Shown piece after piece: positions 24,321-37,299 of a stretch of DNA of 64,000 nucleotides; within the stretch, counting starts at the first letter, position 1, and the number at the start of each line of letters is the position of its first letter. Below the pieces are notes generated by a model. The model saw only the letters and a list, made by a program, of their open reading frames with translations. It had not been told where the DNA came from and did not search any database. The translations under genes and the position numbers were made by a program. The stretch comes from Octopus sinensis (taxonomy: Eukaryota), in assembly GCF_006345805.1 (NCBI RefSeq), contig NW_021833115.1:1-64000 (forward strand). Reading direction: 5' to 3'.

Positions 24321-25137
24321 ACATATAACTATGTATGTATGTATGTATGTATGTATGTATGTATGTATGTATGTGTATGTATGTATGTATGTATGTATGT
24401 ATGCATGCATGTATATGAATGTATATATATATATATATATATATATATGGAGAGAAAGAGAGAGAGGGAGAGGCAGGCAGATAGATATAAACAAATACAT
24501 ACACACGCACACATTTACTTACATACCTACATAAACACGCACATACATAATACATACATACATACATACTTACAGACGCACATATATCTATATACATTCA
24601 TGCTAGTTAGCTTTTCATATGGAAAGGTGGTCCACAGTGTTTGAGTTTGTTTAGTCTGGTTCGATGTTTCTGCTGAGATTCAAGAGGATGAGTTTATTTA
24701 AATAGCAGCATTTAGAAATAAATTCTGATCTTGTGCTTAAAGTTTCAGTTTATTTAGTAAGGATGAGATATGTTTCAATATTGCAGAGGAATTTTCGTTC
24801 GTTTTCTTGCATTTTGTGTCGCAGTATTCATTCAGCGTAATGTAGGCATAATTGTCAAATTTGTGTAGTTTTCTTTTTTGGTATTATCTGAAGGTACATA
24901 TTTATTTCTAAAGTCTTTGATAATTATGAAGTCAGTTTTGGATTCATGTTGAAAAGCATTGTTTCATTAAAAATAATTCTACTATGTTTACTGGTAATAG
25001 CCTACTATAATGTCATGTGGTTCAGCCCTCTATGAAGCACAAATGCAAACTCGGAAATTATCATAAACTTTCTAATTCTGATTAGGAAATGTTTCCCAAG
25101 AGAACGCAAATTTCATGACTAGAACAGGGAATATCTG

Positions 25138-25365
25138 TTTCTTTATTACCCACAAGGGGCTAAACATAGAGGGGACAAACAAGGACAGACAAACGGATTA
25201 AGTCGATTACATCGACCCCAGTCCGTAACTGGTACTTATTTTATCGACCCCGAAAGGATGAAAAGCAAAGTGGACCTCGGCGGAATTTGAACTCAGAACG
25301 TATCGGCAGTCGAAATACAGCTATGCATTTCGCCCGGCGTGCTAACGTTTCTGCCAGCTCACAGC
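25138..25365 (-). mobile_element. SINE family A (tail type 1)
   Basis: Reverse complement of the full element. Confidence 0.9.
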
Positions 25366-25733
25366 CTTATCATGACTGGAACAGGGAATATCATTAGAGA
25401 TAGAAGGCGCCCTGATCCATCTAATAGGTGCTCCTACCATCAGTTATCAGAACAATCCCACCAGGCTGTATAATAACAAAGGAAAATGCAAACATAGAAA
25501 AAGAGAGTTATGTACCTTGGCTTGTTTGCGCGAAGCTGAAACCACTGAGATACACAACTACAGTGTAAGTCCCATTTAACACACAACTTCTTAGATGATA
25601 CACGGGAATGTGTAAGGGCTGCTTTAAGAGCCGGTGTTTAAAGCATAACACATCTACAAACATACATACATACAAAAGAAATAACACGCTATTATTTAGT
25701 CTTATTTGCCACAAGATGCGTTGTTCCTAAAAG

Positions 25734-25826
<93 letters not shown>

Positions 25827-25842
25827 TATATACATACATACA

Positions 25843-25907
<65 letters not shown>

Positions 25908-26102
25908 TATAGATGAGTGTATTTTACCTTGTTAACAATTAACACGGATAAATAAATAAATAGTTACCAGGGCCAGCAAAAACTCACAAGTAAAGATGTT
26001 GTAACTCCTTGTTTATAAAGGTTGAAACTTCGTGTTTACGTTGAATATTTTGAATAATATGAATAAAAAATGGAGTTAACGCAGGTTTAAACAAGTATTT
26101 TT

Positions 26103-26187
26103 ACTTTCTACATATGTTTCGAAAATTCCACTGATACTATTCAAAAGAATAAAGGTTTAAACAATGAAATCTTCTCTTCAGGAAAGT
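26103..26187 (-). ncRNA. Type I hammerhead ribozyme with intact catalytic core, in a Penelope-type repeat (about 25955-26206)
   Basis: Minus strand ACTTTC-CTGAAGA-GAAGA[about 44-nt loop]TTTTC-GAAA-CATATG-TA-GAAAGT. Confidence 0.75.
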
Positions 26188-26206
26188 GGAATAGCATCAG
26201 TGGAAT

Positions 26207-26903
26207 CAGTGCGTAACTGGTACTTATTTAATCAACCCCGAAAGGATGAAAGGCAAAATTGACCTCGGCGGAACTTGAAATCAGAACGTAGCGTCAGACG
26301 GAATACCTATTTCTTTACTACCCACAAGGGGCCAAACACAGACAGGACAAACAAGGACAGACAAATGCATGAAGTCAATTACATCGACCCCAGGGCATAA
26401 CTGGTACTTAATTTATCGACCCCGAAAGGATGAAAGGCAAAGTCGACCTCGGCGGAATTTGAACTCAGAACGTAGCAGCAGACGAAATACCTATTTCTTT
26501 ATTACTCACAAGGGGCTAAACACAGAGGGAACAAACAAGAACAGATTTAGGTATTAAGTCGATTACATCGACCCCAGTGCGTAACTGGTACTTAATTTAT
26601 CGACCCCGAAAGGATGAAAGGCAAAGTCGGCCTCGGCGGAATTTGAACTCAGAACGTAACGCAGACGAAATACCTATTTCTTTATTACCCACAAGGGGCT
26701 AAACACAGAGGGGACAAACAAGGACAGACATAGGTATTAAGTCGAATACATCGACCCCAGTGCGTAACTGGTATTTAATTTATCGACCCCGAAAGGATGA
26801 AAGGCAAAGTCGACCTCGGCGGAATTTGAACTCAGAACGTAGCGGCAGACGAAATACCGCTAAGCATTTCACCCGGCGTGCTAACGTTTCTGTCAGCTCG
26901 CCA
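26207..26903 (-). mobile_element. SINE family A tandem train (head plus 4 bodies, last one partial)
   Basis: Junctions read aaagaaatag|gtatt(t/c)cgtctg on the minus strand near 26305, 26490 and 26670. Confidence 0.9.
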
Positions 26904-27505
26904 CTTCATATACCCAAATGTATTAAGATTTATCATAAGTTGTTTTGCTCACTGACTTTTGAAGTTTCTGCTGACTATCAAGAAGGATTAAGATTTGCCA
27001 TTAAGTGGATTATAAAATGGTGTTCACAAGACGCAGCTGCTATATTGATATGGCGGTATCAGAAACGAGAGATATGATGGGAGGCTACGAATCCAAAGAG
27101 ACTACGGAGCCAAACAAGTTTACAACATCTAAAGAAATAGTGGGAGCTTTTCCAATACTAGAGGCGATTTCGAAGTGTAAAAGAACTAGAAAGATGGCGT
27201 ATCAGTGCAAAGAAGAATAATGCTGTTTCTATAAATTAGCGTTCTTAATTTACCGATTAGCCTTTAAAACTTAAATCCCATTTTTTTACCAGGTAGTTTC
27301 TTTTTTTATTTTTAGAAAGTCTATCAATGGGTGTTTCATATTTGAGGCTGGGATAAACTACGCCTGCGGATTGAGATAGGGGTGGAGTCGAAGTTCTTCA
27401 GACGTGATCTATATATATTTGAAAATATGCATGAAATGTAATCTGCTTACTTTTAATTTCTCTCTCTATCCATATTATACATATATACGCATATATATAT
27501 ATATG

Positions 27506-27564
<59 letters not shown>

Positions 27565-28359
27565 ATATATACATACAAATATATATATGTGTGTGTATAT
27601 ATATGTTGTATGTACATATATGTATGTATATATGCGTATATATATATTAGTTATATTATTATATGATTGAACGCCAGGCATCCACTTCCAAGTAAGTTCC
27701 TCTTAATAATTTTGATGCGACTCTACCCTGTACTGTTCTCTCCCCTATTTCATTTTATTTCTCTTCCTTTCTCTAATTCCTTTTTTCCTCTTCTCCCCCT
27801 TTCGTTGTTTCTCTCATCCTTTCTCTAATTCTTCACCGTTTTCTATCTGTCTCTCTCGCTCCCTCTTTCTCCTTTACTCACTCGCTCGTTGCTCACACGT
27901 GACTATCGTCCATATTTCTTTTCCTCACCGGATCATCTTTCTTTTCCTTCAAGCTATCGTACAGTCCAGACGCATTCTTATCTGTCTCCTCTTCTATCTT
28001 TTCTGTTATCAAAGACAATATTCCTCCAGCGTTCGCTAACTTACCTCGTCCTGACCTAACGTCCCTCCATATTTGTTTTCGTTTGGTTTGTTGTACGTCT
28101 CCACTGTCCTGATTATGAGACCAACTTTGACTCTCTGCAAATCCCGAGTTTTATTTTGGTTCGTGAGAGCAACTGCCTTTCGAAACCTCGTATTGTCGTT
28201 AAATGCTCGAAATGAGAAGTAGATGGATAGCCGACAACTGATGAAGGGTCTTTCTTTATGTCACTTGTCTTGTTTTCCATTTGTCTGGTTCGCATACCCA
28301 AGTTTGTCTTCGTATTTCATGTTGTTTACGTTTTGTGACATCCTGTACCCATATATGCA

Positions 28360-28397
<38 letters not shown>

Positions 28398-28522
28398 GTA
28401 AAATAATATGTGACAATTATTCAGTAAATTTCCTCTATTTACATAATATTGAGGGTCTCTTTCTTCTTTTGTAATCTTGTTTTTACCAATATATATATAT
28501 TTACACAACACATATATGTATA

Positions 28523-28577
<55 letters not shown>

Positions 28578-28624
28578 ATCTGTCTGTTATATATATATGT
28601 ATATACACACACATATATATATAC

Positions 28625-28702
<78 letters not shown>

Positions 28703-28869
28703 TATATATACATACATATATATATAGTATATATGCATATATATATATATTATATAATATATATAACAAGAGAAGAGATGGGTGTTGTGGATGCCCACCT
28801 CGGCATCCGAAACTCAGAGTTTTATCTTGGGTACCGAATAATTGTCACATATTATTTTACAGATGTATA

Positions 28870-29280
28870 TATATATATATACACACATTATTTTATTCTT
28901 TTGCTGTTTTGTTTCAGTTATTTAACAGCGGCAATGCTGGAGCACCACCTTTTTAGTCGAGCAAATCGACCCTAGGGCTTATTCTTGGCAAGCCTAGTAC
29001 TTATTCTAGCAGTCTCTTTTGCTGAACCGCAAAGTTACAGAGACGTAAACACACCAACATCGCTCGTCAAGCGATGTTGGGTGACAATCACTGACACTCA
29101 AACATATACATGCACACATACACACATACATGCATATATATGACGGGCTTCCTTCAGTTTCAGTCTACCAAATCCACTCACAAAGCATTGGTCGGACCGA
29201 GGCTATAGTAGAAGACACTAGTCGAAGGTGAGAACCATGTGGTTGGTAAGCAAGCTACGTACCACACAGCCATTCCTGCG
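28870..29280 (-). mobile_element. SINE family B, diverged
   Basis: Similar to the other family B copies. Confidence 0.8.
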
Positions 29281-29294
29281 CCTGTATATATATG

Positions 29295-29355
<61 letters not shown>

Positions 29356-29504
29356 GGGTGGTGTGTGTGTGTGTGTGTGTGTGGTGCGTGTGTGGTGTGT
29401 GTGTGTGTGTGTTTGTGTGGTGTGTGTATGTTTTTGTGTGTGATGTGTATTTATATATATATATATTACTATATATGTATATGTATATATATTATATATA
29501 TTTG

Positions 29505-29539
<35 letters not shown>

Positions 29540-29562
29540 GTACATATATATGTATATATATA

Positions 29563-29602
<40 letters not shown>

Positions 29603-29612
29603 TATATACATG

Positions 29613-29684
<72 letters not shown>

Positions 29685-30014
29685 GATATATATATGGAAG
29701 TAAAATTGGAAGTAAAATTATATATATATATATAATTTTACTTCCAAGCAATCTACAGGCTCGGAGACACAAGTCGTGTTATTAAAACTTGCCGAGATTA
29801 CATCACCAATGTATAAAACTATTAGCAGCTTGTAACTTTATGCTTTGTACATTAAATATTATTTATCTCTCACTGGATGGAGTACTATTTTCTGTTGATC
29901 TTATCTTAACAGAAAATTAAACTATGTGTCTATATATATATATATATGAATTTATTGCGTAATGGGATAAAAAAAACAAGGCTGTATAGACATTAGAGCA
30001 TTTATAGATAAAAT

Positions 30015-30069
30015 GCCTTACAGCTGTTTCTAGAATATTAATTAATAATAAATTTCCTTCATCGGAGAC
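30015..30069 (-). ncRNA. Decayed hammerhead-like motif (U4>C)
   Basis: Minus strand gtct-CCGATGA-aggaa...ttcta-GAAA-cagctg-TA-aggc; palindromic ACAGCTGT. Confidence 0.45.
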
Positions 30070-30960
30070 GGTGTGAGAGGAAAAGTTAATTCATAGTTAG
30101 TTTCGATGTGATACAAATAGAGAGTGAGGTGGAGGAAAGAAAATAGATGTTCTATGGTTATTGAATTCATAAATCCGTTTATAGGCATAATGGTATACAT
30201 GTGTAATTATTATATAATATTATATATATATATATATTATATATATATATATATATATAAATACATTTATATATATAAATACATAAATACATTCACACAT
30301 ACATATTACACACACAATCATGTAATGTGGAGAGAGACTGAGAGAGAGAGAGAGAGTTAGAGAGAAAATACAACGTACATGAAAGTAGTTTGTATTAACT
30401 ATTAAACTCTCATATTCTCTACGAGAAATATAAAAGCGATGGTAGTTAAACAACACATCTTTCCTTCTAGATGCAGAAGAAATGGAGCTAGGTCTGACTA
30501 GACTAAGAGTTTATTAATTCCTCATCAGTGATTGGTTATCAGTTTTCTATCAAACAGAGATTAGCAGCTTATGGCTATTTACAGTAGACTCAAACCCGAA
30601 CAGGATTAAACCGGTCTGCTTAGTTTGCTTTGCGAGTGCAAGCGTTGGCAAAATGAATACATAAATTTGTAATAGCATTATAAACCAGAATAATAAATAA
30701 ATATTAATTTCAGCCATGATTTAATTCAACAGAAACCGTGAAAAATAAATGCGTTTAATGACTTCACGGTCAACAACGGCACAGTGTTAGTTCTGCTTCA
30801 GAAGAAATGGTTAATGAGATAGTCCAAGTATATAGTACTTGTGTTACATTTGATAATTTTTTTCTACTATAAAGCCACAAGGCCTGAAATTTTGGGAGCG
30901 GGGACTAGAGTTAGTCGATTAAACCAATCTCAGTGCTTAGGTGGTATTCATTTTTATCTA

Positions 30961-31024
30961 AGGCGGCGACCTGGCAGAAACGTTAGCACACCTGAAGAAA
31001 TGCGTAGCCGTATTTCGTCTGCCG
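30961..31024 (+). mobile_element. 5' head of the SINE A copy hosting the Tx1 LINE (continues at 35143-35335)
   Basis: aggcggcgacctggcagaaacgttagc...cgtatttcgtctgccg; the body resumes after the LINE. Confidence 0.9.
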
Positions 31025-31189
31025 CACATGTGTTCGTGAAGTAAGAATTGCTGTTTCGTGGTGTTAATATTGTTAACAACTGTTGTTTCTTGTTAAACTG
31101 TTGAATAACTTAACTGTTGGAGTTTTCAATTGAAAACACTTAGTGCTTGTGGTAGCACGCGTTGTTCATTCCCCTTTGGGGGGAGAAGA

Positions 31190-32400
31190 ATGTCGTCTAG
31201 CATGGAGCCTACCGTTGGAGCAGAAATACTTGTTTCTCCTGTTGAGAGGAGGAAATACATGTCCGGCGAGGAGCCAACTACAGACAAGGAAATAGGGGTT
31301 TCCCCCGCTACAAGAAGGAATAGCAGAGAGGATAATATATTGATATTTTTGGAGATGTCGTTGAGAGCTCGTCAGAACTTTCACCAGAAGAGTTTCCGAC
31401 TTTGCCAGAGAACAAAGGCATTGTGTCGAAGAGAATAATTGATGTGCCTAGCATCCCAGATAGAACCAAAAATGGAAAAAAAAGTTTTGCGTTGGCTGCG
31501 GGGTGGAACCCAGATACTGTCGACGAATAAAAGCGAAATTATGAAATACAGCAAATGATGGAAAATAAATGACAACAGTGTGTGAAAATTGAACCTCCGC
31601 AAAAGTTATTACAGGAAGAAAAAGCAAAAAACAATAATTTTCAAAACATATTGTCTACAAAATAGAAAAATTGAAAGAATGTCAGAAGAGAAAATAGAAA
31701 AGTGCTTAAAGCCAATATGGGCGACGTAGTATTTCTGAGAAGAGGAAAAAATTCGGAACGGTGGAAGTAAGGTTCACCAATAAAGAAATAGCACACAAGA
31801 ACTCAGTGGAAACGTTGGAAAACGAACGACGTGGAGTTAATACCCTATTATATGGGGATGAGGACGTCGCGAATAAAAATTACAAGGGTCCGCCAGAGGT
31901 CGAACCTATGTGGTTGTTGGCGGCAGTCCTAATCAAAGAGGTAGAAAAAATTACTCTCCTCCAGGCTACCGCTACGGAAAACCCACGCTGGGATGGTAAA
32001 AAACAATTAATCTTCTCATTCAAGCGGACCTAAAATAATTCAAACAATTCCTGAGACAATGAGGTAGGGGAGGAGAACCTCGTGGTGTTTGTTGAGGGCC
32101 GAAAACCTCGATGTTTTTTATGTGGTCAATTAGGCCACATTCGAAGGAACTGCAAGGAAAATGAAGAAGAGGAGGAAGAGGAGAAAAAAGACAAAGAGGA
32201 GAAGATAAAGAAGAAACAGATGAGAAAAAAACAAACAAACAAAAGAAAAAATACAACCAGCAACCCAGCCGAGAGCGGCGACTACTACAGAACAACGACC
32301 AAAAAAGACTGCCAGAAGAGAAAAGAAGAAGAAAAAGGCATAATAGCCGTATACACTAAAGATACTGAGCTCATGAGAGACATTCAACTATAAAGACTGT
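31190..32400 (+). pseudogene. Tx1 ORF1 (gag-like), frame-shifted
   Basis: VFVEGRKPRCFLCGQLGHIRRNC zinc knuckle at about 32085-32150, followed by a K/E-rich tail. Confidence 0.75.
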
Positions 32401-32729
32401 AAAAAAAATTGATAACCTTTCAGAGGAATTTATCAATTACGACATATATGAAGTCTCAAAATAAGACTATAGAATTCTACAAAATAAGTACAGAAAGACT
32501 GTATCTTCATTGAGATTAGATTTTAACAAGTCGATATTTCATGGATTACCAGCTCCGATCCCGCGAGAAAAGGAAAGGTGGAGATTCCCCCTCCACCTGA
32601 TAATTCTGTGTCGGTGGTGAGACGGGATTTTGACAAATCTATTTCCCAAGACCGTCCACTCCGACCCTGGATAAAAAAAGGTGGAGGGTCCCCCTCCACC
32701 GGACAATCCTTAATTAAAAAGGGTAAGTG

Positions 32730-33548
32730 ATGGCTATTCACATTGGGTGTTTTTAATGTTCATGGCCTGTTGTCAAGCTGGAAGCAAGGACGCTTTCTGA
32801 ATGACATCAGGTCGAGAAATTTGGATGTAATTGTTGTGCAACGGAAACCCGGGTGAAGGGGCCAAGAGATCTGCTCCCTCCTGAACGGCTACGAGAAATA
32901 CGTTTCTCCGAGTCGGGCGGGAGGTGGGGGGGTGGGGTGTGTGGCCCTACTAAAAAGAAACCGGGTAGCCGAGAAAAAGTTGGTTTTTTCTGACCCAGAA
33001 GGCAGGCTGGTCGTTCTCGACTTGACATTCAGTTGTGGCAAGACAATCAGGCTGGTCGCTATTTATGCACCAAACATTATTGGCCCGCAAACTGAATATT
33101 TTCGTGGCCTAGGAAAGTTCCTAGCCACGTCGCATTCACTAGTAGTGTTAGGAGACTCTAATACAATATGTGCAGCACACACAGATTGTGTTGGCTCAAA
33201 CTCGAACATGAACAGAAAATGTAACACAGGCTTTCGGGATCTGCTAAGTCAATTTCAGCTAGCAGATCCATATAGGTTGGAGCACCCGAACACTCCACAG
33301 TGGACGTGGTCAAATAGTGACGGGTCTACCAGAACATATCTAGATAGGATTTTAATTAGAGAAAAAGATAAGTCCATAGTTGAGTGGCCACAGTTTTTTC
33401 TAGTCAGCTACAGTGACCACAAGATGGTTACCTGTAAACTGACGGTAGATAAGTTGCATAGACAGGGATCTGGCTACTGGAAACTCAATACGTCCCTTTT
33501 GGCGATTGAGGAGTACAGAAAGCAGATCAAGATGTTAATACAGAGGGC
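32730..33548 (+). pseudogene. Tx1 ORF2 AP-endonuclease domain
   Basis: NVHGL, DPEGRLVVL, IYAPN, VLGDSN, TW, YLDRIL, SDH, GYWKLNTSLL. Confidence 0.9.
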
Positions 33549-33578
33549 ATTCATTTTTATCTAAGGCGGCGTACCACA

Positions 33579-34897
33579 GTGGTACGCCTACGTGAAGTAG
33601 GTAAGACTATTGAGGCTTACGAGGAGGTAGCAGGAGCAAAGATTAACCGGGAAAAGTCGGTCGGCTTGCAGCTCGGCACCTGGGTTGGCAAGTCGATGCC
33701 TTCAGACAGTGTTGTTAGGCGCTGGATGGAGGGACCGGTTAAGTTGCTGGGAGTCTGGTTTGGACCAGGCCTCCAGATAGAGAAGAACTGGACGGAGGTA
33801 TTGAGCAGGGTGGCTGCAGTAGTCAAGACTTGGTCTTGGCGGTGGCTATCCCTGAAAGGGAGGGCGGAAGTGGCCAATGTGTTTATCGCATCGGTCATTA
33901 CCTACCGCCTGACTGTCGTGCCCTGTCCGGATTCGTGGTTGATCAGGTTGGAGAGACAGCTCTTTCGCTTTTTGTGGAAGGGCAGGTCGCCACTTGTGAA
34001 ACGCTCTGTCTGCTGTCAAAAGCCTTTAAATGGAGGTTTAGGGATGCCTTGGTTAATGATGCGCAGACATGCGTTGAGGTTGAGGCACCTCTGGATTCTC
34101 CTGGATAGTGAACGGGTGTGGTCTCCGCTGGCCAGACAAATGTTCCCTGAGTTCAAGAGTTTTTGCGAACAGGAAGCCTGGTGTTCTCGTAGACCGAGGT
34201 CGAGTGAGTGGCATAAAGAGTGCCGTAAGGCCCTCTTGCTGTTCCGGCGCTCGGGCAACGCCAGCGGTGGGGGTTCCACACGGATTTTATATAGTGGGTT
34301 GGTAGAGTCTGAATGCGACGATGGCCTGGGGTCGACTCTAGGTCTCGGATTTATTCAACTGGACAGCTTGTTTCATCGTACATTCGGGTTGAGAACGTTG
34401 GACAACTTCCAAAAGTCCTTAACCTGGCAATGCTACAGAGGTGCCTTGCCCGTTTGGGATAAGCTCGCAAGACATGGTAAACGTCAGTCGCCGACCTGTC
34501 CAAGATGCGGTGGGGACAGGGAAACCGTCCCTCACGCTATTGTTCAGTGTCCGGAGATAACTGAAATGTGGGCTTATGCTGAACATCTGTTGTCCGGCGA
34601 AGGAAGAGTACGGCTGTCGACTGAGTCAATTATAAAAATTGACCCACCGGGAGTTCTAACGAACGAAGGTAAGAATTGTTTTCTCACGGTGTAGCAATAG
34701 CAAAAGAGGCTGTATGGAATACTAGGATAAAAGGAATTAAGACAGGCAACTTTATCTCTGGTGACAATTTACGATCCTTTTTTCTTTTCATTTGAAAAGG
34801 AAACTGTGGCTGGAGAAGAGGTGTCTGTCAGAGTGTACGTTCCAAAAGAGATGGAAGTATGTTGCACGAGTGTTGTGCGTGCAAGGAACCGTGTGAA
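33579..34897 (+). pseudogene. Tx1 ORF2 C-terminal part (post-RT thumb and zinc finger)
   Basis: GAKINREKS, KLLGVWFG, LSLKGRAEV, GGLGMP, CPRCG..ETVPHAIVQC. Confidence 0.9.
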
Positions 34898-35481
34898 TAG
34901 ACGAGGAAAAAAAAAAAAGGAAAAATAAAAAGGTATCAGCGGTAGATCGGGGCTTGTGGGATCGGAGCGTAACTTGATCATCGCTTCATTTGTATTGTTT
35001 TTGTACTGTGTATTCCATTCGATTTTTATGTATTGTATTTTATTTTTGATGTCACATTTATGTAAAATCATATCGATTCACTGATCCCATCAGTTGTACT
35101 GTCCATATCTATGTTTGGCCCCCGGTGGGCAATAAAGAAATTCGTATTTCGTCTGCCGTTACGTTCTGAGTTCAAATTCTACCGAGGTCGACTTTGCCTT
35201 TCATCCTTCCGGGGGTCGATTAAATAAGTACCAGTTACGCACTGGGGGTTGATGTAATCAACTTAATACCTATCTCTGTCCTTGTTTGTCCCCTCTATGT
35301 TTAGCCCCTTGTGGGTAATAAAGAAATAGGTATTTATTTTATCTACACCAGAAGGATAAAAGGCAATGTCAACTCGGCGGAGTTTGAACTCAGAACGTAA
35401 AGACGGAAGGAAGGCTGCTAAGCATTTTGTTCGGCGTATCAATGATTCTGACAGCTCACAGCTTTTGCTATACTTAATAAA

Positions 35482-35890
35482 TCTCTATTCTAAGGCGGCG
35501 AACGGGCAGAAACGTTAGCACGCCGGGTGAAATGCTTAGCAGTATTTCGTCTGCCGCTACGATCTGAGTTCAAATTCCACCGAGGTCGACTTTGCCTGTC
35601 ATCCTTTCGGGGTCGATTAAATAAGTACCAGTTACGCACTGGGGTCGATATAATCGACTTAATCCGTTTGTCTGTCCTTGTTTGTACCCTCTGTATTTAG
35701 CACCTTGTGGGTAGTAAAGAAATAGGTATTTCGTTTCCGTTACGTTCTGATTTCAAATTCCACCGAAGTCGATTTTACCTGTCATCCTTTCGGTGTCGAT
35801 AAATTAAGCACCGGTTGCATGCTGGGGACTATCATATCGATTGGTCTCCTCCCCCAAAATTTCGGGCCTTGTGCCTAGAGTAGAAAAGAA
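35482..35890 (+). mobile_element. SINE A dimer: tail-1 body in front of a tail-2 host body
   Basis: Head, body, tail 1, then gtatttcgtttccg, body and tail 2 (ctcccccaaaatttcgggccttgtgcctagag). Confidence 0.85.
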
Positions 35891-36769
35891 TCTTTAACGC
35901 GCCGGACAAAATACTTAGAGGCATTTCGTCCGTCTTTAGGTTCTGCGTTCAAATTCTGTCGAGATCGACTTTGTTTTCATCCTTTCAGGTCGATAAGATA
36001 AGTACCAGTCAAGCACTGGGGTCAACATAATCGACTGGCTCCCTACAGAATTCCAGGCCTTGTCCCTTTTCTAGAAAGAAACAATTGTTTATACTATAGG
36101 CGCAAAGCCTGAAATTTGAAAAAGAAACTTGTTGATTACATGAACCCTAGAGATCGACCGATATTTATTTTATTGACCCCAAAATGATGAAAGGCAAAGC
36201 TGACCTTGTTTGTTTTAAAGAACACAAGAGACACCTACTATGCCACGGCCACCACGTTACATTTATTATTAACAATAAAAATAATGCCAGTTTTGAACTG
36301 TACATTATCTCCTCTCTTTGTGAATAAATCCAAAATTGTAATCTTCAAAGGATCCCCAACATGAAAGTCTCCTTGGAGTTGTCAAGCTGTTTAGCTAAAC
36401 ATTCAGATGATCTTTTGCAGTGGAGATATGCAATAAACACGCAGTAAAATGAAATGAACTGACCAGTGGAGCAGATAATTTTCAACTTCAGGAAGAACAA
36501 GATATCATAACAGCTGAGCAATTCTACATTCTATTAATATTCGGGCATAAACGTAAGACTCCCTTCTCTTCTCTTTCCGTTTCTCTCTCGCTCTCTCTCT
36601 CTCTTGCTATTTCTCTCTCTCTCCCTCGCTATCACTCTATCTCTCTCGTACGCTATCTCTCTCTCTTTCTCTCTCGCGTGCTATCTCTCTGTCTCTCTAT
36701 CTGTGAAAGGTGTGTGCAACGAGAAGGAAAAATAACTCCACTGGCAGAATCAGAACTTGGAAGAGATAC

Positions 36770-36897
36770 ACATGCATGCACACACACACACGCACACACA
36801 CACACACGCACACACGCACGCACGCACACACACACCACAACACACACACACACGCACGCACGCACCACACACACACACCACACACACACACACACAC

Positions 36898-36928
<31 letters not shown>

Positions 36929-37099
36929 ACACACACACACACACACACGCACACACGCACGCACACACACACACCACACACACACCACACGCACGCACAC
37001 ACACACCACACGCACACACACACACACACACACACACGCACGCACACACACACACACACACACGCACGCACACACGCGCACACCACACACACACACACG

Positions 37100-37158
<59 letters not shown>
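36770..37158. repeat. (CA)n/(CGCA) microsatellite
   Basis: Direct reading. Confidence 0.95.
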
Positions 37159-37160
<2 letters not shown>

Positions 37161-37299
37161 CAGAAACAGGCCACGATGAATTTCGTGTAGCATTTGTTAA
37201 TTCGGAATATGATTTTTTCGCATATTTTCTAAGATGTATCCAATTCTTTTCGATGAAAGTAATCTAGTTTTGTGTTTCTGAAACCGCGAATTAAAAAAT

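Larger units (their letters stand above)
31025..35142 (+). mobile_element. Tx1-clade (L1 group) non-LTR retrotransposon, near full length, RT core deleted
   Basis: 16-bp TSD CGTATTTCGTCTGCCG (31009-31024 and 35143-35158); ORF1 CCHC knuckle; APE endonuclease; C-terminal zinc motif; 3' tail ending aataaagaaatt. Confidence 0.9.

Noticed and set aside
27005-27220. 71-aa ORF in unique sequence
   Set aside because: No motif recognised; the length is compatible with chance.
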